This document shows, piece after piece, positions 11,925-23,902 of a stretch of DNA of 64,000 nt. Both the position numbers and the translations under genes were made by a program. Below the pieces are notes generated by a model, which saw only the letters and a program-made list of their open reading frames with translations, searched no databases and was not told the DNA's origin. This DNA comes from Proteobacteria bacterium CG1_02_64_396 (GTDB taxonomy: Bacteria; Pseudomonadota; MNWR01; CG1-02-64-396). The stretch is taken from NCBI GenBank assembly GCA_001872725.1, contig MNWR01000007.1:5673-69672 (forward strand), given 5' to 3'. The number at the start of each line of letters is the position of its first letter. Position 1 is the first letter of the stretch.

Positions 11925-11957
11925 TCGGGTCCAACCGGGACGATTCTGGAGAAAACG

Positions 11958-13457
11958 ATGAATAATGCGTTCCAGCTGCCCATCCTGAGCATCTCCATCT
12001 GGTTCCCCATTCTTATGGGGATCCTGCTGATGGCGTTGGTGCGGGGTAACGGGGAGGCGGCCAAACGGAATGCTCGTTGGATGGCGCTGATTATTTCCAT
12101 CTTCGAGTTTCTGATCACCCTGCCACTGGTCTTGAAGTTTGACCGGAGTACCTCGGCCTTTCAGTTTGAGGAGTCCGCTCAGTGGATTCCCGATTACGGG
12201 ATCAACTATGTCCTGGGGGTTGATGGCATCTCGGTGATGTTCATCCTGCTGACCTCGTTCGTGACCATCTTTGCTATCCTGGCCTCGTTAGAGGTTATCC
12301 AGGATCGGGTGAAGGAGTTCATGGTCTCCTTCCTGATTATGGAAGGGTTGATGATCGGGGTTTTTGCCGCCCTCGACGCCGTGATCTTCTACATCTTCTG
12401 GGAGGCGATGCTGATCCCGATGTTCATCATCATCGGGGTCTGGGGTGGGCCGAAGCGTATCTACGCAACGGTGAAGTTCTTCCTCTACACCTTCGCCGGT
12501 TCGGTTTTGATGCTGGTCGCCTTGATGTACATGTACTTCCAGGCGGGTCAGACCATGTCGATTCCCGCCTTGATGGATGTGCCGCTAACCCTGACCGAGC
12601 AATGCTGGTTGTTCGTCGCGCTGCTGATCGCTTTCGCGGTTAAGGTGCCGATGTTCCCGGTCCATACCTGGTTGCCCCATGCCCACGTTCAGGCCCCTAC
12701 CGCCGGTTCGGTAATCCTGGCGGCGATCATGCTGAAGATGGGCGGATACGGCTTCCTGCGGTTCTCGCTGCCGATGTTCCCCGATGCGTCGACCTATCTG
12801 GCTGACGTGGTCATCGTGTTGTCGCTGATCGCTGTCATCTACACCGCTTACGTGGCGATGATGCAGACCGACATGAAGCGGCTGGTGGCCTATTCCTCGA
12901 TTTCGCACATGGGGATCGTCACCCTCGGTTTCTTTGTGTTCACCCAGCAGGGGATCGAGGGTGGGATCATGCAGATGATCTCCCACGGTTTTGTTTCGGC
13001 AGCGCTGTTCTTGATCGTCGGGGTGATGTACGACCGGCTCCACACCCGTGAAATCGGGGCCTACGGTGGCGTGGTCAACTCCATGCCCGCTTTTGCTGCC
13101 CTGGCGATGGTCTTTTTCATGGGTAACGTCGGGCTTCCCGGTACCACCGGGTTCGTCGGCGAAATCATGGTGCTGATCGGCACCTTCCAGGTGAACAAGT
13201 TGGCGGCGGTTCTGGCGACCACGACGTTGGTGCTTTCGGCGATGTATACCCTGTGGTTGTTCAAACGGGTGCTCTTCGGCGACATCGTCCACGAAGGGGT
13301 CCGTACCCTGAAGGATCTCAGCACCCGCGAGTGGTGGGTTTTGGCCCCGCTGGCCGTCGTCACCATCTATTACGGTCTGTTCCCCAACGCCATCTTCGAC
13401 ATCATGCACGTCTCGGTGGAGCACCTGATCGATCAGGTTGCCACCGGCAAAATGTGA
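11958..13457 (+). CDS. nuoM: NADH-quinone oxidoreductase subunit M
   Basis: FWEAMLIP, KVPMFPVHTWLP, GLPGTTGFVGE. Confidence 0.97.
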   Translation: MNNAFQLPILSISIWFPILMGILLMALVRGNGEAAKRNARWMALIISIFEFLITLPLVLKFDRSTSAFQFEESAQWIPDYGINYVLGVDGISVMFILLTSFVTIFAILASLEVIQDRVKEFMVSFLIMEGLMIGVFAALDAVIFYIFWEAMLIPMFIIIGVWGGPKRIYATVKFFLYTFAGSVLMLVALMYMYFQAGQTMSIPALMDVPLTLTEQCWLFVALLIAFAVKVPMFPVHTWLPHAHVQAPTAGSVILAAIMLKMGGYGFLRFSLPMFPDASTYLADVVIVLSLIAVIYTAYVAMMQTDMKRLVAYSSISHMGIVTLGFFVFTQQGIEGGIMQMISHGFVSAALFLIVGVMYDRLHTREIGAYGGVVNSMPAFAALAMVFFMGNVGLPGTTGFVGEIMVLIGTFQVNKLAAVLATTTLVLSAMYTLWLFKRVLFGDIVHEGVRTLKDLSTREWWVLAPLAVVTIYYGLFPNAIFDIMHVSVEHLIDQVATGKM

Positions 13458-13477
13458 TGCGAGAGGAATAAGCTCCG

Positions 13478-14959
13478 ATGCCAAACGATTTTCCGATTCC
13501 GAGTCTTGCCCCCCTCGCCCCCGAGCTCTTTTTGCTGGCCGCGGCGTGCATCCTGCTGCTTGCCGATCTTTGGATCCCCAAGGATCGCAAGGGGATCACC
13601 GGTTACATTGCACTGGGGATCGTGGTCGTCGCTGCCGCCTTGACCCTGCTGCAATTTGGCGACCCGGCGGTGACCACCTTTGCCGCTCGCACCGGTGCAC
13701 AAGGGATGGTGGTGATCGACACCTTCTCCAATGTGTTCAAGATCATCCTCTACGGAGCGACGATCCTGACGATTTTGATCGGCATGGACTTCCTTGAGGC
13801 CGAAAAACAGCATCATGGCGAGTACTATGTGCTCTTGCTGTTCGCCCTGCTCGGCCTGATGTTCATGGTTTCGGCCAACGACCTGTTGGTGGTTTACCTT
13901 GGCCTGGAGCTCTCGGCATTGTCGATTTATGTGCTGGTCGGCTACTTCCGCGAAGAAAAGCGTTCCACCGAGGCCGCCCTGAAGTACTTCGTGCTCGGCT
14001 CGCTGGCATCCGGCTTTGTGCTTTACGGCATGAGCCTGATCTACGGCGCCACTGGGGCGACGATGCTGCCAAGCATTGCGGCGGCCATCGGCGGATTTGA
14101 AGGGCATCACCTCATCCTGAGCTTTGGGCTGGTTTTCTTCCTGGCCGGGTTCCTGTTCAAGATTTCGGCTGCCCCCTTCCACATGTGGACTCCCGATGCC
14201 TTCGAGGGGGCTCCCACTCCGATTACCGCGTTCATGGCGGTCGCCCCCAAGGCGGCAGCATTGGCGGTGATGATGCGGGTGCTGGTCGATGCGCTGCCCA
14301 GCATGTCGGATCAATGGAGCTCGATCTTGATGGTGGTGGCGGTGCTGACCATGTTTGTCGGCAACGTTGCGGCCATTGCCCAGACCTCGGTCAAGCGGAT
14401 GCTGGCCTATTCCTCCATCGCCCACATCGGTTTTGCGCTGTTGGGTTTGGTGGCGGCCAACGAGCTGGGCTATATGTCGGTTGTGCTCTACATGGTGGTC
14501 TACCTGCTGATGAACTTCGGCGCTTTCGGCGGGCTGATTATGCTGCGCCGAGGCCAGATCAGCGGCGAAAAGCTGGACGATTTCAGCGGATTGGCTGCCG
14601 AGCGTCCAGGTGTTGGTCTGATGCTGCTAATTCTCTTCTTCTCGTTGGCGGGGGTACCCCCCACCGTGGGCTTCATCGGCAAGCTCTACCCGATTCTTGC
14701 GGTGGTCCAGGCCGGTCACATCTACGTGGCGGTGCTGGCGGTGCTCGCCTCGGTGATCGGCGCTTTCTTCTACCTGCGGGTGGTGTGGTACATCTACTTC
14801 AACAAGCCCGAGGTGAAGTTCGAGAACGTCAACCTCTCCCCCGCCATGGCCGGTGTGATCGGTCTGTCGGCGGTGACGGTCCTGTGGTTTGGCATCGCGC
14901 CCTCCACCTTGGTCACCTTGTCGACTGCAGCGGTCAATGGCGGTTTGATTTTGCCTTGA
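13478..14959 (+). CDS. nuoN: NADH-quinone oxidoreductase subunit N
   Basis: EAALKYF, FKISAAPFHMWTPD, LAGVPPTVGFIGK. Confidence 0.97.
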   Translation: MPNDFPIPSLAPLAPELFLLAAACILLLADLWIPKDRKGITGYIALGIVVVAAALTLLQFGDPAVTTFAARTGAQGMVVIDTFSNVFKIILYGATILTILIGMDFLEAEKQHHGEYYVLLLFALLGLMFMVSANDLLVVYLGLELSALSIYVLVGYFREEKRSTEAALKYFVLGSLASGFVLYGMSLIYGATGATMLPSIAAAIGGFEGHHLILSFGLVFFLAGFLFKISAAPFHMWTPDAFEGAPTPITAFMAVAPKAAALAVMMRVLVDALPSMSDQWSSILMVVAVLTMFVGNVAAIAQTSVKRMLAYSSIAHIGFALLGLVAANELGYMSVVLYMVVYLLMNFGAFGGLIMLRRGQISGEKLDDFSGLAAERPGVGLMLLILFFSLAGVPPTVGFIGKLYPILAVVQAGHIYVAVLAVLASVIGAFFYLRVVWYIYFNKPEVKFENVNLSPAMAGVIGLSAVTVLWFGIAPSTLVTLSTAAVNGGLILP

Positions 14960-14977
14960 GGCGGATGCAAGCGAGCC

Positions 14978-15004
14978 AAAAGGGGCCTTCGGGCCCCTTT
15001 TTTT
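14978..15004. terminator. Intrinsic terminator, likely bidirectional
   Basis: AAAAGGGGCC-TTCG-GGCCCCTTTTTTT between convergent nuoN and comM. Confidence 0.85.
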
Positions 15005-15024
15005 ATGACCTCAAGCGGCGGTTG

Positions 15025-16551
15025 TTAGGGATTGGTGATGGAGGCAAGGGAGGCCTTGGGGCGGAATTGCAGCGCCTCGGCGATGTGGGTGGCGGTGATG
15101 CGTTCCTCTCCACTCAGGTCGGCCAGGGTCCAGGCAACTCGGATGAGCCGGTGCAGCGCTCTGCCCGAAAGGTGAAAGCGATGGGCCGCTTGAGTGAGTA
15201 ATCCCTTGGCTTCGGGGGCCAGCGGTTCGGGAAGCAACAGCTCGACCGGAACGGCGGCGTTGTTAAGCCCCGCGCCCCAACGCATTTGTTGACGTGCCCT
15301 GGCTTGGGTGATGAGGGGCAAGGGATCGGGTTCGTCGAGGTTGGCGCTTACCCCATCAAGCAGCTGTTCAGGCGGGATGCGGTTGACGGTGCAGAACAGA
15401 TCGATGCGGTCGAGGAAGGGGCCCGAGAGTCGCTGAGCGTAGCGGTCAACCTCGAAAGGGGCGCAGCGACAAGCGATCTGTTCGTCCCCCAGGTGGCCAC
15501 AGGGGCAGGGATTCATAGCGGCGACCAACTGAAACCGGCTGGGGAAGGTGACCCGCTGCGCCGACCGGGAGATCGTCACCTCCCCCCCCTCCAGCGGCTG
15601 TCGCAGCGCCTCCAAGGTGGAGCGGCGAAACTCCGGTAGCTCGTCCAAAAAAAGAATACCCCGATGTGATAGCGAGACCTCACCGGGTTGAGGGGGGTTG
15701 CCACCTCCGACCAGGGCGATGTCGGAGGCGGTATGGTGGGGGGCACGAAACGGGGGTTGGGTGGCGGTGGCGGGATCCAGCGCTATGCCCGCCGCCGAGC
15801 GGATTGCCAGCGATTCGATCAGCGGCTCGCCGCTCAAAGGGGGAAGCAGGTCGATCAAGGCGCGGGCCAGCAGGGTTTTGCCGGTGCCGGGGGGGCCGGA
15901 GAGCAGCAGGTTATGGCCCCCGGCGGCGGCCAAGGTGAGTGCCCGCTTGGCCATCAACTGCCCCCGGATATGTCCCAGGGGGTTCACCTCACCGAGCTCC
16001 CCTTCCGGAGAGAGGGCCTCTTGTCCAACCTCTTCGGGGGGCTCTCCCCGCACGATGAAGCCGACCGCATCACCCAAACTGCCCACCGGCTCGAAGGGGA
16101 GCCCCGCCACCAGGGAAGCCTCGAAGCGATTGGCCTGGGGCATGATGAGAATGCTACCGCGCCGCTGCGCCATCAAAGCGGCGGGTAGAATGCCCGGCAC
16201 CCCCCGCACCGAACCGTCCAGGGCCAGTTCGCCCGCGATGATCGCCCCCTGCAATCTCTTGGCGGGTAGGTGGCGAATGGCGGCGAGGAGTCCCAGCGCA
16301 ATGGGCAGGTCGAGCTGGCTTCCCTCTTTAACCAGATCGGCGGGGGCTAGATTGATCGTGATGCGCAGCGGCGGCAGGTCGACCCCGGTAGTGGTCAGGG
16401 CGCTGCGCAGTCGCTCGCGCGATTCGCGCACCGCCCGTTCGGCCAGCCCCACAATGGTGATGCCGACGACCCCACGGCTGGCGTGGACCTCGACGGTGAC
16501 CGGAACCGCCTGGGCTCCCTGCACAACGTAAGATTCGAGTTTGGCATACAT
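15025..16551 (-). CDS. comM: YifB/ComM family Mg-chelatase-like AAA ATPase
   Basis: ITINLAPADLVKEG, GPPGTGKT, PFRAPHH, FLDELPEF, MNPCPCG. Confidence 0.92.
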   Translation of the reverse strand: MYAKLESYVVQGAQAVPVTVEVHASRGVVGITIVGLAERAVRESRERLRSALTTTGVDLPPLRITINLAPADLVKEGSQLDLPIALGLLAAIRHLPAKRLQGAIIAGELALDGSVRGVPGILPAALMAQRRGSILIMPQANRFEASLVAGLPFEPVGSLGDAVGFIVRGEPPEEVGQEALSPEGELGEVNPLGHIRGQLMAKRALTLAAAGGHNLLLSGPPGTGKTLLARALIDLLPPLSGEPLIESLAIRSAAGIALDPATATQPPFRAPHHTASDIALVGGGNPPQPGEVSLSHRGILFLDELPEFRRSTLEALRQPLEGGEVTISRSAQRVTFPSRFQLVAAMNPCPCGHLGDEQIACRCAPFEVDRYAQRLSGPFLDRIDLFCTVNRIPPEQLLDGVSANLDEPDPLPLITQARARQQMRWGAGLNNAAVPVELLLPEPLAPEAKGLLTQAAHRFHLSGRALHRLIRVAWTLADLSGEERITATHIAEALQFRPKASLASITNP

Positions 16552-16581
16552 GGCAAAGTCCCTTTCGCCCTGGTCGGGGGG

Positions 16582-16830
16582 TTACGCCTGAGAACCACCC
16601 TCTTCCAGCGCTTTGAGCCGTTTTTCTAGCTCGGCGATGCGCCGAGTTGCCTGAGCCAACAGCGCCTGCTGCACCTCAAGCTCCTCGCGGGTGACGACAT
16701 CGAATTCCGACAGCTTCAGGGTGACAATCTGGCGAATGCGCCGCTCGATCTCGTCGCGGGTATCACCCAGGCGATCGAAGCCTGCGGCGATTCCCTTGAC
16801 CAGCTCGTCCAGCATGGGATTGGGAATCAT
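16582..16830 (-). CDS. ubiK: UbiK/YqiC (BMFP) family accessory factor
   Basis: DVVTREE motif plus coiled-coil tail; adjacent to comM; ATG at 16830. Confidence 0.8.
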   Translation of the reverse strand: MIPNPMLDELVKGIAAGFDRLGDTRDEIERRIRQIVTLKLSEFDVVTREELEVQQALLAQATRRIAELEKRLKALEEGGSQA

Positions 16831-16844
16831 GAAAGCCTCTTGAA

Positions 16845-17183
16845 TCAGAAGGTCAGCGGTTTGCCGCCAAGAATATGCAGGTGGAGGTGGAACACGACCT
16901 GCCCCCCCCACTGATTAACGTTAACCACGGTGCGGTACCCCTTTTCGGCGATTCCCTGTTCACGCGCCATGCGGGCGGCGCAGGCCAGCATCGCCCCGAG
17001 CAGGACGGGATCACTGGCCGCCTCGTTGAGGGTCGGATGATGCGCCTTGGGCAGCACGAGCAGGTGGACCGGCGCCTTGGGGGCAATATCTTTGATGACG
17101 ACCAGACGATCATCCTCAAAGACCTTCTCACTGGGGATGGTCCCGGCGATGATACGACAGAAGATACAATCTTGATGGTCCAT
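16845..17183 (-). CDS. Histidine triad (HIT) nucleotide-binding protein
   Basis: DCIFCRI and GQVVFHLHLHILGG; ATG at 17183. Confidence 0.93.
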   Translation of the reverse strand: MDHQDCIFCRIIAGTIPSEKVFEDDRLVVIKDIAPKAPVHLLVLPKAHHPTLNEAASDPVLLGAMLACAARMAREQGIAEKGYRTVVNVNQWGGQVVFHLHLHILGGKPLTF

Positions 17184-17256
17184 GGAATTCCTCTTGTGGA
17201 CGCGACCTACGATTCGAGGCGGTGACTGGTGCAAGTTGAGCTGATCGAGCGAGCCG

Positions 17257-18618
17257 ATGGCTGATACCCCGGAACAGATTTGGGATCAAGCCCGCAAGCT
17301 TCTACTCGACCGGATCGACCCCGATCAATTCGAGCGTTGGATCGCCCCAATCCAGCCCGCCATGACGGGCGACGCCCTGGAGCTTGCGGTCCCCAACCCC
17401 TTCTATCTGCGTTGGATCAAGGAGCGTTACCTGCGCCAGATCGAGCGCTGTCTAGAGGAGAGCGGCTGGGCCGGGGTGGTCGGGCTGGTGGTGGGGAGCA
17501 AACCAACCCCTGCGGCGCCCCCCCCAAAAAGGCAGGATAAGCCACCCAAGGCTAGCGAAAGAATGGAGCCGCGGGCCGCCCCCGTCCAGGAGTGGGACAG
17601 TGGCCTGAATCCTCATTTAACCTTCGATCGCTACGTCACCGGCCCCAGCAATTTGCTGGCAACCTCGGCGGCCCGAGCGGTCGCGCAACAGCCCGGTACC
17701 CTTTACAATCCCCTCTTTATTTGCGGCCCGGTCGGGATGGGGAAAACCCACCTGATTTCGGCTCTGGGCAACCAGATCAAGGCCAACTTCCCGACCTTCC
17801 GGGTGCTCTACGTCGGGGCCGAGACCTTTTTCAACGAATTGGTCCAGGCGATCCGCAACAACACCACCTTCGAGTTCAAGCAGAAGTACCGGCAGATGGA
17901 TGTGCTGCTGCTCGACGATGTGCATCTGTTTCCGGGGCGCGAAGGGATGCAGCAGGAGTTTTTTCATACCTTCAATGCCCTGTACGAAGGTAAGAAGCAG
18001 ATCATCATCTCCTCGGATCGTTATCCACAGGAGCTTGATCGTTTAGAAGACCGCATACGCTCCCGGTTTGCTTGGGGGCTGGTGGCCGATGTCAAACCGG
18101 CGGAGTACGAAACCCGGCTGGCGATCTTGACCCGCAAGGTTGATGAAGACCAAGTCGTTATCCCGCTTGAGGTGTTGAAGTTCATCGCGCTGAACATCAA
18201 AAGCAGCGTGCGCGAACTTGAAGGGGCCTACACCCGGGTACACGCCCATATGAAGATTCTCTCGATCACCCCGACGATCGAGGACGCCAAAACCTGGCTT
18301 GAAGACATCTTGCCCCGCGACAGCGATCCGGTTTCGGTGCGGCAGATTCAAAAGGTGGTGGCCGATTATTACCAGGTACGGATGAACGATCTGGTTTCGG
18401 CCTCCCGTAAAAAACGGATTACTCAACCCCGGCAGGTGGCGATGTTCCTGGCCAAGGAGCTGACCCGGGAGTCCTACCCCGACATCGGGCAGGAATTCGG
18501 CGGACGCAACCACGCTACGGTGATTCATTCGATCCGGGTGGTGCAGGGACGCATCAAAGAGGACTCCGCCTTCGGGGCGGAGATCGAACAACTCAGGCAG
18601 ATGATTATCGGCCGTTAA
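17257..18618 (+). CDS. dnaA: Chromosomal replication initiator DnaA
   Basis: YNPLFI-GxGKT, EFFHTFN, RSRF, RELEGA, domain IV GGRNHATV. Confidence 0.97.
   Translation: MADTPEQIWDQARKLLLDRIDPDQFERWIAPIQPAMTGDALELAVPNPFYLRWIKERYLRQIERCLEESGWAGVVGLVVGSKPTPAAPPPKRQDKPPKASERMEPRAAPVQEWDSGLNPHLTFDRYVTGPSNLLATSAARAVAQQPGTLYNPLFICGPVGMGKTHLISALGNQIKANFPTFRVLYVGAETFFNELVQAIRNNTTFEFKQKYRQMDVLLLDDVHLFPGREGMQQEFFHTFNALYEGKKQIIISSDRYPQELDRLEDRIRSRFAWGLVADVKPAEYETRLAILTRKVDEDQVVIPLEVLKFIALNIKSSVRELEGAYTRVHAHMKILSITPTIEDAKTWLEDILPRDSDPVSVRQIQKVVADYYQVRMNDLVSASRKKRITQPRQVAMFLAKELTRESYPDIGQEFGGRNHATVIHSIRVVQGRIKEDSAFGAEIEQLRQMIIGR
18021..18029 (+). promoter_or_regulatory. Perfect DnaA box inside dnaA
   Basis: TTATCCACA. 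Confidence 0.4.
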
Positions 18619-18661
18619 GAGCCGACCGACCTGCCACACACACAACTCCATTGGGGGGAAC

Positions 18662-19825
18662 ATGGCGTCGATACTGACAATGACGGCAGGTAGGGAGCAG
18701 CTTCTTCCCTACCTCAATCTACTCAACAAAACTGCCGACATCCGCCATCCCAACCGGCTGCTCGGTTCGGTCTACATTGAGGTCATGGAGGGGGCTAGCC
18801 TGCGTATGACCGCCAGCAACGGCAGTCACAGCCTGCGGGTGGCCACGGTGGTCGAGATGGAAGGTGCCGGTAGCCCTGCCCCCTTCTGCGTCGATGCCGA
18901 CCTGCTCTACCGCCTGTTTTCGGGCATCCCCTCTGGCGCCACCGTGCAGCTTCACCTTGAGGGGGACGAAGCCGGACGGGTGAGCGGTGTCCAGCTGGGA
19001 TGGAGCGGCAACAAGGCCAAATATCGCATCGCCGCGATTTCTGGGGACCAATTCCCCGCCCTGGCTTATCCCGAAGAGGTCTTCGTCCGCGCCATCGAGC
19101 CGGCCGCTTTTGCCCAGATGCTGCGCACCGTCGGTTTTGCCATGATGAAGGATCCCAACCGGGAGGCCTTCCACGGTTCTTTGGTGCAGTTTGCCCAAGG
19201 CGGGGACCGGGTGGTGGCGACCAACATGCACCTGCTGGCGATGTCGCAGCGGGGTTTGGGGTTGAGTGACGAGGCGCAAATCCAATCGATTGTCCCCTAC
19301 AACGCGGTGGGAGAGATCGTCGCGGTGGGGGAGATGGCCAAAGAGGGGAGCGGTCGCGTTACCATGGACCAAGACCATCTGCTCTTTCGGGTCGAGCGGC
19401 AGGGCGACACCGTCGATTTCGTTACCTCGGTGGTCAACAAACCCTTCCCCGAGTTTCAGCACCTCTTCCCGGCGGGGGAGGCTAACCGGCTGCTGCTGTC
19501 ACGCGACGACCTCTACGATGCGGTTAAACGTTTGAAAATCCTCTACTCGGTCGACCACCCTGCCATTACCTTCGAGGCCCAAGGTGACCAATTGAGCATC
19601 CACGCTGTCTCGGCCCAGAACGACGAGGGGCAAGAGGTTCTCTCGTTGCTGGAATCGGCCCCCGAGGTGCGGATCTCGTTCAACGGCGACTATATTGCCC
19701 AGATCGTCGAGCGCATCGACGAGGCGACCGTGGAGCTGCGGTTTGCCTCGGTCACCGGCCCGACCTTGATTCGGGGGGCCGACAACGAAGACCGGCAGTT
19801 CATTTTGCAACCGCTCGAAATCTAA
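18662..19825 (+). CDS. dnaN: DNA polymerase III beta sliding clamp (divergent)
   Basis: Position between dnaA and gyrB, 387 aa, degenerate clamp motifs (DQFP, VATNMHLL, FPEFQHLFP, ISFNGDY, FILQPL). Confidence 0.8.
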   Translation: MASILTMTAGREQLLPYLNLLNKTADIRHPNRLLGSVYIEVMEGASLRMTASNGSHSLRVATVVEMEGAGSPAPFCVDADLLYRLFSGIPSGATVQLHLEGDEAGRVSGVQLGWSGNKAKYRIAAISGDQFPALAYPEEVFVRAIEPAAFAQMLRTVGFAMMKDPNREAFHGSLVQFAQGGDRVVATNMHLLAMSQRGLGLSDEAQIQSIVPYNAVGEIVAVGEMAKEGSGRVTMDQDHLLFRVERQGDTVDFVTSVVNKPFPEFQHLFPAGEANRLLLSRDDLYDAVKRLKILYSVDHPAITFEAQGDQLSIHAVSAQNDEGQEVLSLLESAPEVRISFNGDYIAQIVERIDEATVELRFASVTGPTLIRGADNEDRQFILQPLEI

Positions 19826-19887
19826 TCCCGGTTTTTCACCGCCATGAGGCACTGTCCCCCAGGAGGATTTTGGACCATGCGAGGTAA

Positions 19888-22308
<2,421 letters not shown>

Positions 22309-22348
22309 TCGCCCGCGGCGCCGGGATTACTCGGCGCCGCGGCCTTGA

Positions 22349-23887
22349 ATGGGGCAATCGGTACATATGGCCAAGGGGATCGGTCTTCGGGCCGTCATCG
22401 TCAGTCTGGGCACCCTGGCCAGTCGGATCCTCGGGTTTGTCCGCGATCTGGTCATCGCCCGCATCTTCGGGGCCGACGCCCTCACCGACGCCTTCTTCGT
22501 CGCCTTCCGCATCCCCAATCTGCTGCGCCGCCTCTTTGCCGAGGGGGCCTTCGCTGGCGCCTGGGTGCCGGTGTTATCGACCACAAAAACCCAGGAGGGG
22601 CTTGATTCCGCCTTCGCCCTGATCCGCAGCACCCTGACCTATCTGGCGCTGATCACCACCGCCATCACCCTGCTTTCTTGGGTCGCCATGCCCTGGGTGA
22701 TTGCCGTTTTTGCCCCCGGATTCGATGACCCCCACCAGTTCGACGAGGCGGTCGCCATGGGGCGGATCGTTTTCCCCTACCTGATCTTCATCGTGTTGGT
22801 CGCCGCCAGCGGCGGCATCCTCAACACCTTCGACCGCTTTGCCGTCCCCGCCTGGACCCCGATTTGGCTCAACGTGGCGATGATCGCCATGAGTTTTTGG
22901 GGTTTGGAGTGGTTTCCCGAACCGATCCACGCCCTGGCCTGGGGGGTGGTGATCGGCGGGTTTTTTCAGTTGGTCTTTCAGATTCGCCCCCTGCTGAAAC
23001 TCGGTTTGTCGCTGCGGCCCACCCTGGTGGTGCATAACGCCATGGGGCGGCTGCTCAAGCTGATGGCCCCCATGGCTTTCGGTGCCGGGGTCTACCAGAT
23101 CAACCTGCTGGTCTCGACCATGCTGGCCTCGCTGGTGGGGGCGGGGGCGATTTCGTGGCTCTACTACGCCGACCGGCTGCTGCAATTCCCGTTGGGGATC
23201 ATCGCCATTGCCATCGGCACGGCGGTGCTGCCCTTGATGAGCCGGGCGGCGGCAACGGGGAGCGAAGAGCTGCTGCGCGATCACTACCGCTCCGGGATGC
23301 ACCTGGTGCAGGTCTGGACCCTTCCCGCTGCGGTGGGTCTGGGGTTGTTGGCCGACCCGATTGTCCGGCTCTTGTTTGGTAGCGGTGCCTTCAATGCCCA
23401 GGCGGTGACCATGACCGCCTGGGCGCTGATCGCCTACGTCCCCGGTTTGGTGGCGTTATCGCTGGTCAAGGTGATGACCCCGGTCTTCTACAGCCACGAG
23501 CAGACCAAGCGCCCCACCGTGATCGGCATCGGAGTGATGATCGCCAACATGGCGATTTCGGTGCCGCTCATGTTGCTCTGGGGCCACATTGGGCTGGCGC
23601 TGGCGACCTCGATCTCGGGCTGGATTCAGGTGGTCTGGCTGTGGTGGGAGATCAACCGCGACTTCCCCCATTTGAAAACCTCCCCCCTGATTTTGATCGG
23701 CCACCTGCGTCCCTGGATCGGAACGGCGCTAATGGGGGCACTGGTACTGGTGGGGATGGGACGGGTGCATCTGGCGATTTTGATCCCGGTTGCCGGACTG
23801 CTTTACCTGGGTACTCTGCTGCTGTTGCGCGATCCCGCCCTCGATCTGCTCAAATCCAAGTTGCTCAAGGGAGCCCCGAGCCGCTAA
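22349..23887 (+). CDS. murJ: Lipid II flippase MurJ (MviN)
   Basis: SRILGFVRD, FRIPNLLRRLFAEGA, YYADRLLQFPLG. Confidence 0.95.
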   Translation: MGQSVHMAKGIGLRAVIVSLGTLASRILGFVRDLVIARIFGADALTDAFFVAFRIPNLLRRLFAEGAFAGAWVPVLSTTKTQEGLDSAFALIRSTLTYLALITTAITLLSWVAMPWVIAVFAPGFDDPHQFDEAVAMGRIVFPYLIFIVLVAASGGILNTFDRFAVPAWTPIWLNVAMIAMSFWGLEWFPEPIHALAWGVVIGGFFQLVFQIRPLLKLGLSLRPTLVVHNAMGRLLKLMAPMAFGAGVYQINLLVSTMLASLVGAGAISWLYYADRLLQFPLGIIAIAIGTAVLPLMSRAAATGSEELLRDHYRSGMHLVQVWTLPAAVGLGLLADPIVRLLFGSGAFNAQAVTMTAWALIAYVPGLVALSLVKVMTPVFYSHEQTKRPTVIGIGVMIANMAISVPLMLLWGHIGLALATSISGWIQVVWLWWEINRDFPHLKTSPLILIGHLRPWIGTALMGALVLVGMGRVHLAILIPVAGLLYLGTLLLLRDPALDLLKSKLLKGAPSR

Positions 23888-23902
23888 CGATCAGGAGTGT
23901 GC

